From a bacterium (GTDB lineage: Bacteria; Patescibacteriota; CPR2; UBA1875; CAIMLA01): 61,406 bases of DNA. The notes under the pieces were generated by a model. That model was not told where the DNA came from and made no database searches. It saw only the letters and a program-made list of their open reading frames with translations. Where the stretch lies: positions 1 to 61,406 of the forward strand of contig JBAXEY010000001.1 in the NCBI GenBank assembly GCA_037140175.1, written 5' to 3'. Position numbers and translations under genes: made by a program. This document shows positions 48,817 to 56,335 of this stretch, piece after piece (the stretch's first letter is position 1; the number at the start of each line of letters is the position of its first letter).

Positions 48817-49008
48817 ATGTACTGCAAATGGACTCTTCCACTCTCAGTTTATTTCCTTCTCATGGTCTGCCTATATTTTTGGTATCTTGTCTTTGAAATC
48901 TACTCCGCGGCCTTCCATCTCTCCCCTCTTCCTGCCCTCGCTTGCACTGTCGCTAGTGCCCTCGGGCTTTGTACGATTACTATGTACTTGTGTTTCCGGT
49001 CCTCATAA
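48817..49008 (+). CDS. possible small hydrophobic Cys-rich membrane peptide
   Basis: 63 aa. GGAGG lies 4 nt before the ATG, and the ORF starts 13 nt after the upstream stop. Two predicted TM helices and 5 Cys. Competing overlapping ORFs exist. Confidence 0.25.
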   Translation: MYCKWTLPLSVYFLLMVCLYFWYLVFEIYSAAFHLSPLPALACTVASALGLCTITMYLCFRSS

Positions 49009-49026
49009 TGCCGAAGAAGTTCGGGT

Positions 49027-49063
49027 GCCAGTTGAGAGTCCAGATTTTTGGCTCTCAACTGGC
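49027..49063 (+). other. perfect 12-bp stem / 13-nt loop RNA hairpin without U-tract
   Basis: GCCAGTTGAGAG-13 nt-CTCTCAACTGGC, about 20 nt after the sORF stop. Confidence 0.5.
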
Positions 49064-49084
49064 TAACCCCTTTGTAACAAAGCT

Positions 49085-49112
49085 TTGTAATAATAAATAT
49101 TCTTTGTATACT
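49085..49112 (+). promoter_or_regulatory. possible promoter
   Basis: TTGTAA, 16-nt spacer, TATACT. Confidence 0.3.
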
Positions 49113-49149
49113 ATGGACGTCTGGCAATATTTTAGGAGGTGGAAGTACC

Positions 49150-49452
49150 TTGATTGGAACAGATGATGTATATACCTTGGCTCAAGGCCCAAGTGAAGCC
49201 GCGCTACGTAAATATTATCGTGAATGGGTCGAACTCAACAAGATTATTCATCTCGTGACTGAAAAAGAACATTTTGAGATAAAGGTTGTCTCGATTTCCA
49301 AACCTATTCACGACGAATCTCCTTGGATCATCACTGGTCTACTGCCCAACAATCGCTATATCTTCATCAAATACCACGCGGGAAACAGCGCCGAGAATGG
49401 CGAGCCGGTTAATGCGATCGCATATTTTTGGTCCAGTCCTGAATCCCAATAA
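49150..49452 (+). CDS. hypothetical protein
   Basis: 100 aa. TTG start preceded by AGGAGGTGG. No motif recognised. Confidence 0.4.
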   Translation: MIGTDDVYTLAQGPSEAALRKYYREWVELNKIIHLVTEKEHFEIKVVSISKPIHDESPWIITGLLPNNRYIFIKYHAGNSAENGEPVNAIAYFWSSPESQ

Positions 49453-49455
49453 CAA

Positions 49456-49516
49456 AACGCCCTAAACACAACTCTTGTCTAATAAGAGATCGTCTGTGTT
49501 TGGGGCGTTCTCTTTT
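49456..49516 (+). terminator. long-stem terminator
   Basis: 15-bp stem (49456-49470 / 49495-49509, one G-U pair) enclosing a nested 5-bp hairpin, followed by CTCTTTT. Confidence 0.5.
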
Positions 49517-49567
49517 AAAAAATGAATAACTTTTAAACTATAAATTTATGTAGTGTCGGTTTTGAGC

Positions 49568-49596
49568 TTGAAAAAAGTTCTCTTCCGTGCTAAAAT
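49568..49596 (+). promoter_or_regulatory. sigma70-like promoter of the RlpA-like gene
   Basis: TTGAAA, 17-nt spacer, TGc-TAAAAT (extended -10). Confidence 0.5.
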
Positions 49597-49639
49597 CACC
49601 GAGGACATAGGGTGAAGCAACTTTACAACTCCAGAGGCC

Positions 49640-50218
49640 ATGTTATGGGGTCCTGACAAAACTGTCGGGATACCCAAACCAACTGAAGGAGACGTTTTGT
49701 CTTCTAAATTCAAAGTTCTCTACCTGGTAGTTGTCGCTCTGAGCGTGATTGCGCTCCTCGGCACAACGGCCGCCACCACCATGGCTCACACCAAGACCAT
49801 TCATTCGGTCACAGGTGATTTTCGAGCTGTGTCTGGGTGGCAAAAAACTGTATCGACCTGGTATGGACCAGGGTTCTACGGCAATCACACTGCATCGGGC
49901 AAGGTCATGCTCAGCAACTGTGGCAGGAACGTGCAAATGTGGAAGAAGAATCCACACAAGTACATCCTCTTTGGTGCCGCCAACCCAAACCAGTCATTGC
50001 CTCTCGGTACCTGGGTGGAGATCAACTACAACGGTGTTCGAATTGTCATCGAGGTCGCAGATCGTGGACCCAATTCCAGAACACTGGAGCTGATGGGCGC
50101 TACGAGAAGCTATCTCGACTATTTCGGTAAGAAGTACGTAAGACAAGGCAAGCTCAAGCACTACACTATCTTTTCTGGCAATCAGTCGCTAAGTTGGCGG
50201 ATTGTCAAAAAGATCTAA
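49640..50218 (+). CDS. membrane-anchored RlpA-like double-psi beta-barrel (DPBB) protein
   Basis: 192 aa. TM anchor, then TWYGPGFYGNHTASG...LPLGTWVEINYNGVRIVIEVADRGP, matching the RlpA/DPBB pattern. Confidence 0.7.
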   Translation: MLWGPDKTVGIPKPTEGDVLSSKFKVLYLVVVALSVIALLGTTAATTMAHTKTIHSVTGDFRAVSGWQKTVSTWYGPGFYGNHTASGKVMLSNCGRNVQMWKKNPHKYILFGAANPNQSLPLGTWVEINYNGVRIVIEVADRGPNSRTLELMGATRSYLDYFGKKYVRQGKLKHYTIFSGNQSLSWRIVKKI

Positions 50219-50270
50219 CCACGTCTGACCACACAATGGCCTGACGTTTCACCCACAACACCATGTCCAA

Positions 50271-50313
50271 GCCCCGACCTGAGTTCACTCTCAGGTCGGG
50301 GCGCTTCATTTTT
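50271..50313 (+). terminator. rho-independent terminator
   Basis: GCCCCGACCTGAG-ttcact-CTCAGGTCGGGGC followed by a T run. Confidence 0.8.
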
Positions 50314-50338
50314 AATATCAAAGCCCGTCTTAATATAG

Positions 50339-50367
50339 TTGACTAAAGGTTTGTTTAGTTTTATAAT
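50339..50367 (+). promoter_or_regulatory. near-consensus sigma70 promoter
   Basis: TTGACT, 17-nt spacer, TATAAT. Confidence 0.55.
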
Positions 50368-50408
50368 ATCGTAGTCCTATCCTGTATATCCTGTCGGGAG
50401 GTAGCTTG

Positions 50409-50777
50409 ATGTTTGAACTATTGGTCAAAATAGTTGGTCTCAATTTGGAAATTGGGCCGACAGTCTATTCTCCATCACAGATCGCTCTCGAAAGTGGAGC
50501 GCTACACGGCATGGAAGCAATGTTGGTCACCCAAGCTCTGCCAAAGCGGCGAATCAGATACAAAATCTTGATAGACACATCCAAAATTGACACCAATCCA
50601 AATGGAGCGGATACAGCCCTAATGTCTGGTGAGATCCTCAACGACACGGGTCAGCAAGTTGGTCATTTCGATGCCAAGGTCCAGCTCTTTAGCGGGAGGT
50701 GGATCGGAAATGCCCAGTTGATTTATTCGGATAAACCTCCGGCTCCTTCCATCCTCAGATTCTTGGAGACCATATGA
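50409..50777 (+). CDS. hypothetical protein
   Basis: 122 aa from the ATG at 50409. GGGAGG lies 7 nt upstream. No motif recognised. Confidence 0.45.
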   Translation: MFELLVKIVGLNLEIGPTVYSPSQIALESGALHGMEAMLVTQALPKRRIRYKILIDTSKIDTNPNGADTALMSGEILNDTGQQVGHFDAKVQLFSGRWIGNAQLIYSDKPPAPSILRFLETI

Positions 50778-51079
50778 CAACCATCACTGAGGCCGTCTCA
50801 AAACATGGAGATCTGTGGCCTTACGATAAGCTCGTACCTCTCGATCAGCTCCAAATCGGCGAGACCATCTTTGTCGACTTTGACCTCAACAGTCACCCCG
50901 TTTCACTACCATTCACTGTCTCCGAGATCATCCAAGACGCAACTTATCCCACTCTCGGCTTCGCTCGAGGCACTATTTTCGAAAAGTGTGCTAAGGGCCA
51001 ATTTGAGCACGGGGTAGTGATCACTTATGGTAGGTTCCCAACAATGCGACTCGGCAAGAGCCGCTATATCGGTCCCTGA
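50774..51079 (+). CDS. hypothetical protein
   Basis: 101 aa. ATGA overlap with the upstream gene. No motif recognised. Confidence 0.45.
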   Translation: MTTITEAVSKHGDLWPYDKLVPLDQLQIGETIFVDFDLNSHPVSLPFTVSEIIQDATYPTLGFARGTIFEKCAKGQFEHGVVITYGRFPTMRLGKSRYIGP

Positions 51080-51095
51080 TGTGATCTGGAGCAAG

Positions 51096-51132
51096 AAAAA
51101 GCCCCAGACTCTCATTGGGGGCTTTTTCTTTT
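51096..51132. terminator. bidirectional rho-independent terminator between convergent genes
   Basis: AAAAAGCCCC-12 nt-GGGGCTTTTT, with A/T runs on both sides. Confidence 0.7.
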
Positions 51133-51150
51133 GGTGAGTAATTAAATTAC

Positions 51151-53355
51151 TTATTCAGAAGAGACGTCCAATATCTTTGGCTCTGGTGTATGGTTGTCTT
51201 TTTCTGGCATTGCGTGCTTGCGATACGGAATCTTGAACCCAAAGGTTGAGCCATGGCCTTCTGATGATTCAAAGAATATTTCTCCACCATGATCCTCTAC
51301 GACTCTTTTGGCTAGATAAATACCCAGACCAGTCCCATCAGGTCGAATCTTGCGAGCATTACCCGCTCTAAAAAATTTCTCAAATATTTTCGGCTGTTCA
51401 GCCTTGGGAATGCCAACCCCAGTATCAACGACTGAGTAGATTACCATATCTTTTATTTTTTCTAATTTCACGGTCACACCACCTTCCTCGGTATAATAAA
51501 GTGCGTTGTCGATAAAATTCATTACAACCTGTCGAATCTTAGTCTCATCAACCCAAACATGAGGTATTTTGCCTGTTTTGGCAATCTTCAGATATAAACC
51601 CTTGTCCCCTGCTTGCTTTTGCAATTCTTTGACTTCCTGACTAACCAGCTCCTCGATATCAACCTCAGTCGGCTCGATGAAAAACCGTCCGGTATCCATC
51701 CGAGAAACATTCAAAAGATCATTGATAAGACCGACCATCCGACTCGATCCATCAAAGGCTTCATGGACAAATTCTTCCTGGCCCTTAGTAATCTTACCGA
51801 CATCGCCCTCCAGAAGCATCGAGAGGTAGCCTTTGATAACCGTCAGCGGAGTTCGCAGTTGGTGTGAAGCCATCGAGATAAACTCATCCTTGGCCTGATC
51901 AAGCTCACGAAGCTGGGCATTCTTTTCCTCCAGCCTTTTGGTTGCATGTTTGACTTCGTTTTTAAGGGTGACATTGAAACGGCTTATTTCCTCGTATGAT
52001 TTAGCATTTTCGATCGCAACCGAGACTTCGGGAGCGATAATCTCCAAGATACGAAGATCCTGCTGGTTAAACATATCACCTGAGTTTTTCTCTCCCAGAA
52101 GCAAAACACCGACGATTTCCTTCTCTGTCTTGAGAGGCAGAGAGATCGATGCTTCGAACTTACGGAGTGGCTCCTTATATTGAGAGTCCTCGTCTAGTTC
52201 ATCATAGACTGCTGTCCCGTTTCTGGCTAGACTCACGGCATCTTTCATGTCAATTTTTGGCTCGTCCTTGTATCCGCTCGTCTGAGTTGTATAGAGAGAG
52301 TAGTCTTCTTTAAAAAGGACAAAGATGCCTCGAGAAATTTTCATATCGCTAATCAGTATTTCTAAAACTTTGACCAAAAGTGCATCCAAAACTATGGTCG
52401 AGCTCATCAAATGAGACAGGTCGTCTAATAGCTTCTGTGGATCATAAGCATTTTTGAAAAATATTCGGTCAGTTTTGCGAGTGATCCAGCGACGCAAGGG
52501 CTGGAAAGAAAAGGCCATAATAACAGCCAAAACAGTTCTGATGGCCCCTTGGGTAAGATTGATCTGATCAAAGCTATCAGTGAAAAATATTCTTTCGATC
52601 GCGAGAACTGAACCAGCATAAAACAGAGCCAGTGTTGCTAAAAGAATGGCATAAGTTATTGATCTAGCAACTACAAGTCGAATGTCCATTAAGCGATGCT
52701 TTATAATGGCATAGGAGGTAAAGCCTAAAAAGAAAATCAAAGAGGAGGACACTATAGTTGCACCAACAATTTTATTTAAAAAGACTGATGCCACGAGTAA
52801 AGCCAATACAAACAGCACGGATAGAGTAATACCAAAAAGCATAAATTTTAGTTGAGCCTTAATTGCTCCTTGCGATTTTTTATATTTTATTATCAAAAGA
52901 CACAAGGCTGCAACCACATAAATAACAAAGTAAATTGGAAAATACGAGTAAATTGGGCCAGGGACGAGAGCATCAATTGAACCTGAATTCGTTAATGTTA
53001 TGGATAGGTTATAGTTTGTGAGCACAAAAGGAATAAATAATAAGGTAGGTACAAATATAAATATTTTTATCAAACTGCTTACCTTGGGTTTTTGGAATGG
53101 GAAATAAAAAGCAAACAATAACAACATAGGTGCTAGGAATATCGGTGCTATAATCGTTAGCCTGCTTAATGTTAACTCTAAATTTGGCTCTTGAGCAAAG
53201 TCAGCTAAAATATTAGTTGTTGTCCAAACAACCATTGAAGCACCAATTCCAGCAAAACTAAGGTTGATTGGATTATTAAGATTCCGTCTTAAAACCAAGC
53301 CAGTGATAACCATGGCTGCAAGCAAAACTGTTATAGATACTATAGAAGTTATCAT
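51151..53355 (-). CDS. polytopic sensor histidine kinase
   Basis: 734 aa. About 300 aa of TM helices, a GAF-like linker, H-box SMASHQLRTPLT, and N/G boxes (DNALYYT, GTGLGIYLAKR). No response regulator in the window. Confidence 0.85.
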   Translation of the reverse strand: MITSIVSITVLLAAMVITGLVLRRNLNNPINLSFAGIGASMVVWTTTNILADFAQEPNLELTLSRLTIIAPIFLAPMLLLFAFYFPFQKPKVSSLIKIFIFVPTLLFIPFVLTNYNLSITLTNSGSIDALVPGPIYSYFPIYFVIYVVAALCLLIIKYKKSQGAIKAQLKFMLFGITLSVLFVLALLVASVFLNKIVGATIVSSSLIFFLGFTSYAIIKHRLMDIRLVVARSITYAILLATLALFYAGSVLAIERIFFTDSFDQINLTQGAIRTVLAVIMAFSFQPLRRWITRKTDRIFFKNAYDPQKLLDDLSHLMSSTIVLDALLVKVLEILISDMKISRGIFVLFKEDYSLYTTQTSGYKDEPKIDMKDAVSLARNGTAVYDELDEDSQYKEPLRKFEASISLPLKTEKEIVGVLLLGEKNSGDMFNQQDLRILEIIAPEVSVAIENAKSYEEISRFNVTLKNEVKHATKRLEEKNAQLRELDQAKDEFISMASHQLRTPLTVIKGYLSMLLEGDVGKITKGQEEFVHEAFDGSSRMVGLINDLLNVSRMDTGRFFIEPTEVDIEELVSQEVKELQKQAGDKGLYLKIAKTGKIPHVWVDETKIRQVVMNFIDNALYYTEEGGVTVKLEKIKDMVIYSVVDTGVGIPKAEQPKIFEKFFRAGNARKIRPDGTGLGIYLAKRVVEDHGGEIFFESSEGHGSTFGFKIPYRKHAMPEKDNHTPEPKILDVSSE

Positions 53356-53370
53356 TTCCTCCGTTTCTTA

Positions 53371-54090
53371 CTACTTTTTAGCGGTTATTAGCCAATCTTG
53401 TCCAGATAAGGTTTCACCTATAACTATATTAACTAACCCCGTTTCTGTTAATAATTTCTTATATTCTTCTTTAGAATGAAAATGATAATTTCCTTTTTTT
53501 TCGAGTAACACTATAACGGAACTGGAGATTAATACAACAAGAACAAAAGGCGCAATAATAAAAGTTTTAAATATCCCTAGAAGTTTTCTTTTTTTTGTTT
53601 TACCCTTCAGAAAGTTAAAATAGGCCTTGATTACTTCTTTCATAGTGGAATCTGGTCGAGGATCAGCTATAACAACTCTTCCCCCTGGTTTTAATAACCT
53701 ATAAAATTCCTTTAATACTAAATCATTTTCATTGATAGTAAATAAAGCATTTATACAAGTTATTCTATCAAAACTACTTTTCTCAAAATCAATTTTTTTT
53801 CTTAGGTTTGCCCTTTGAAAGCTAACGTTTTTGAATTTTCTGCAATTTTTTTTTGCTCTTTTAATCATTTTATTTGAAAAATCCAAACCAATTATTTCTA
53901 TTTCAGACTCGTGCTCTGCTAAAAATTTTTCAAAATTACCTGTACCACAACCAGCATCTAAAATCTTATGGCCAACATCAAGGTTTAGCGCTTTTAAAAT
54001 GTCAAGAAACTGGAGTTGATGAGAAACAGAATTTTTAATAGTTCTATTATAGGCAAAAGCACAATAATCCCATAACTTAGAAGTGGTCAT
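53371..54090 (-). CDS. class I SAM-dependent methyltransferase with C-terminal TM segment
   Basis: 239 aa. Motif I ILDAGCGTGNF and a hydrophobic helix FIIAPFVLVVLISSSVIVLL. Confidence 0.75.
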   Translation of the reverse strand: MTTSKLWDYCAFAYNRTIKNSVSHQLQFLDILKALNLDVGHKILDAGCGTGNFEKFLAEHESEIEIIGLDFSNKMIKRAKKNCRKFKNVSFQRANLRKKIDFEKSSFDRITCINALFTINENDLVLKEFYRLLKPGGRVVIADPRPDSTMKEVIKAYFNFLKGKTKKRKLLGIFKTFIIAPFVLVVLISSSVIVLLEKKGNYHFHSKEEYKKLLTETGLVNIVIGETLSGQDWLITAKK

Positions 54091-54890
54091 TTTTGTCCCT
54101 TTAATAGTTCGTAAAAATCAATAAACATGTAATCTGGGGTTAGCGGTAGTTTATCAAGCTTGAGGATGTGTAAAATAATTGCCATTTCAAGTAAGGAAGC
54201 AGCTGCCATAACACCTAAGCTGCAACTTGGAATATAATTTTTTCTTAAAGCGACGTTTAATGCTGTTATTTTGGGGACGTATTTTGGTATTTTTGGACAA
54301 AACTTTAGCATGGGTATCTTAAAATTGTTAATTTCTATTGCTGTCATATGCTCTGGATTTTTTAAGCCAATATAGTCCGCAAAACTAATGCTTTTGTCAT
54401 TAAAAACATATAAACTTGCACCAAAGCCTAAAGCCTGAGCTGCCAGAACAGTCTTTTTTTTATTTCTTGCTGTTTCATGAAGAAGATACATCGGAAAGGT
54501 TAGGTTATATTCAATTGCATCAATTACAATATCAGCTTCAGTAAACTCCTCAACATTTTCATTATTCACGCCTTGCTTATACACTTGAACTTTGATATTT
54601 GAGTTTATTTTTTTGCATTCTTCTACAATTACTTCGACTTTTTGTTCTCTTATATTTTCTAAGTTTGAAAAAACCATCCGGTTAAGATTCGATATCTCAA
54701 AACTATCAGGCTCTGCTACTTTGAAGTTTTCAATGCCCAATCTCACTAATCTTTCAAACAGAATACCTCCAATACCGCCAAGACCGGCAATAGACACCAT
54801 GGAATTTCTTAAACTCTCTTGTTGTCTTTTTTTAAGAACTCCTATATTGCGCTGGAATATTTCATCATATGTATATTTTTGTTTTTCCAT
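54087..54890 (-). CDS. ThiF/MoeB/HesA-family E1-like adenylyltransferase
   Basis: 267 aa. SIAGLGGIGG nucleotide loop and SNLNRM motif. No CxxC zinc motifs and no obvious catalytic Cys loop. Confidence 0.7.
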   Translation of the reverse strand: MEKQKYTYDEIFQRNIGVLKKRQQESLRNSMVSIAGLGGIGGILFERLVRLGIENFKVAEPDSFEISNLNRMVFSNLENIREQKVEVIVEECKKINSNIKVQVYKQGVNNENVEEFTEADIVIDAIEYNLTFPMYLLHETARNKKKTVLAAQALGFGASLYVFNDKSISFADYIGLKNPEHMTAIEINNFKIPMLKFCPKIPKYVPKITALNVALRKNYIPSCSLGVMAAASLLEMAIILHILKLDKLPLTPDYMFIDFYELLKGQK

Positions 54891-54904
54891 TATACCTCTG
54901 TCAA

Positions 54905-54935
54905 AATTATAAACTTCCCTTGACTATAAAACAAC
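54905..54935 (-). promoter_or_regulatory. 31-nt promoter box, copy 1 (upstream of the ThiF-like gene)
   Basis: Minus strand GTTGTTTTATAGTCAAGGGAAGTTTATAATT, read as TTGTTT, 16-nt spacer, TATAAT. 27/31 identical to 56150-56180. Confidence 0.5.
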
Positions 54936-54965
54936 CGAGAGAGGCCATCCCTCTTTAGCCATAAC

Positions 54966-55325
54966 TTAATTTATTTTTTTAAATATTTTTTTATAAAATA
55001 TATATAAAGTAATTGAAAGGTAAAAAATCAAAAGTGCCCAAATCCAGATTGGAATATTCTTGCCCCAAATTATCACATATACATACGGCCCGAACCAGGC
55101 AACTTGATTTATAATAAATGCCCTAACAAACTCATGATGCTTTAAAATCTCTTTTCCTTTTAGATTATGATTTTTCTTTAGCTTGATAATAACTTTTGCC
55201 ATCACAAACAAACCATAATAATAAAATGGGATAGAAATTAGAATTAAGACAATAAATATATACGGGTCAACATCATATGTGTTTATAGCTAGATCTCTAT
55301 AATAATTAATTAAATTAAAGTCCAT
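54966..55325 (-). CDS. small three-TM membrane protein
   Basis: 119 aa, very hydrophobic. Overlaps the upstream gene by 11 nt. Confidence 0.4.
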   Translation of the reverse strand: MDFNLINYYRDLAINTYDVDPYIFIVLILISIPFYYYGLFVMAKVIIKLKKNHNLKGKEILKHHEFVRAFIINQVAWFGPYVYVIIWGKNIPIWIWALLIFYLSITLYIFYKKIFKKIN

Positions 55326-56127
55326 TAGGAATCTCTTTCTTCGCAGTAAAGACTTTCCATATATTCAATATTGCCCTCACAACCACGTCACGACCTTTGT
55401 TTTTATAAACATAATATTCACCAAAATCATTCACTCGTTTATCGCTATGGGTAATTTTTTTACTAAAAAGAAGCTGGGGCTTGTCATCATAAAAACCCTC
55501 CATAATGTTACCTTCTCTGTCTAATGATCGGTATAATTCCCCTTCTTCCTGAAGAAATTTTTTAACCGTTCGCCACGTTTCGGCATCTGCTTTTTCAATT
55601 TTATGATTTTTTGGATCAATCATATATGGATTTGGGTAAATAAAATCAGCCACGCGAGCAATTGCCCCCAAAGTACGGATATTGGGGGTAATAAAAACAA
55701 ATTCAACTTTAAATTTTCCCTTTATAGCATTTTCGATTAATACTTTTCTTCCTAAAATATAGTCCATCGTCTTTAATACTCCACAATTCTGGTATTTTGG
55801 CGTTGTCGCGGACAGGCCAAATGTGTAAATATCTCTGCCAAATATTTTATGTTTGCGAATCGGTGCAATACCTATCAAATCTCCTTCTTTATTCCGCACG
55901 ATACATAACAAATAAGATTGGATACAGCCCTTACGGATGTATTCCGAATTGTATTCCCCCCAGGCTTCAGCAACTAAACCTTTTATTTCTTTGAGTGCGA
56001 TATCTTTGGCGACCTCGCCTATTTTGACATCTGGGTCCTTAATAATCTCGGCGAAGACTATTTCTTCTGTATTATTTCTACGTATTTTAACTTCTTTTAT
56101 TTTGCTTTTTTGTGTATATCGAGTCAT
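55315..56127 (-). CDS. uncharacterised 270-aa protein (only a weak GNAT-like hint)
   Basis: Long intact ORF. YQNCGVLKTM only loosely resembles the acyl-CoA-binding motif of GNATs, so the family is not assigned. Confidence 0.35.
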   Translation of the reverse strand: MTRYTQKSKIKEVKIRRNNTEEIVFAEIIKDPDVKIGEVAKDIALKEIKGLVAEAWGEYNSEYIRKGCIQSYLLCIVRNKEGDLIGIAPIRKHKIFGRDIYTFGLSATTPKYQNCGVLKTMDYILGRKVLIENAIKGKFKVEFVFITPNIRTLGAIARVADFIYPNPYMIDPKNHKIEKADAETWRTVKKFLQEEGELYRSLDREGNIMEGFYDDKPQLLFSKKITHSDKRVNDFGEYYVYKNKGRDVVVRAILNIWKVFTAKKEIPNGL

Positions 56128-56149
56128 TTATTTGCTTATTTATAAGCTC

Positions 56150-56180
56150 AATTATAAACTTCCCCAAGCTATAAAACAAC
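56150..56180 (-). promoter_or_regulatory. 31-nt promoter box, copy 2 (upstream of the 270-aa gene)
   Basis: Minus strand GTTGTTTTATAGCTTGGGGAAGTTTATAATT. A partial third copy, TATAAAACAA, is at 56196-56205. Confidence 0.5.
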
Positions 56181-56290
56181 AGGCGGATTCAGGTTTATAA
56201 AACAATATTTGTCCTGAAATTGCAGGTATTTATGCTATAATAAGCCAAAAGGATTACTAAATATGCAAGAATACAAAGAATATTTTATAC

Positions 56291-56332
56291 AAAAAGAAAA
56301 GCCGTAACAGCGGATAAATCCACTGTTACGGC
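56291..56332 (-). terminator. rho-independent terminator after the amidohydrolase gene
   Basis: GCCGTAACAG-12 nt-CTGTTACGGC, followed on the minus strand by TTTTCTTTTT. Confidence 0.75.
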
Positions 56333-56335
56333 AAA

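Noticed and set aside
48402-49452. Possible distant paralogy between the 133-aa and 100-aa orphans, based on WIIGTVDDSRIVTAKY versus WIITGLLPNNRYIFIKY.
   Set aside because: The shared stretch is short, needs an indel, and sits at different relative positions in the two proteins. It cannot be supported without a profile comparison.
49643-50130. Three extra ORFs overlapping the RlpA-like gene: 49643-49957 on the minus strand, and 49749-50093 and 49837-50130 on the plus strand.
   Set aside because: Only the 49640-50218 frame carries a recognisable domain (DPBB) and a TM anchor. The others are Arg/Pro/Ser-rich artefacts of locally elevated G+C.
42812-51150. A classical tRNA-flanked genomic island with an integrase and an att direct repeat.
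   Set aside because: No integrase or recombinase ORF was found, and by eye there is no repeat of the tRNA-Glu 3' end (…GGTTCGAATCCCCTTGGGACTGCCA) downstream. The region is described only as compositionally mosaic accessory DNA.
56263-56307. A 14-codon plus-strand ORF, MQEYKEYFIQKEKP. It has an AAAGGA box 9 nt upstream and a TGcTATAAT extended -10 at 56233-56241, and it runs into the terminator hairpin.
   Set aside because: It is very short, antisense to the whole locus, and lies in AT-rich DNA where such ORFs and TATAAT strings arise by chance. There is no supporting signal. It would only be worth revisiting if antisense transcription were seen.
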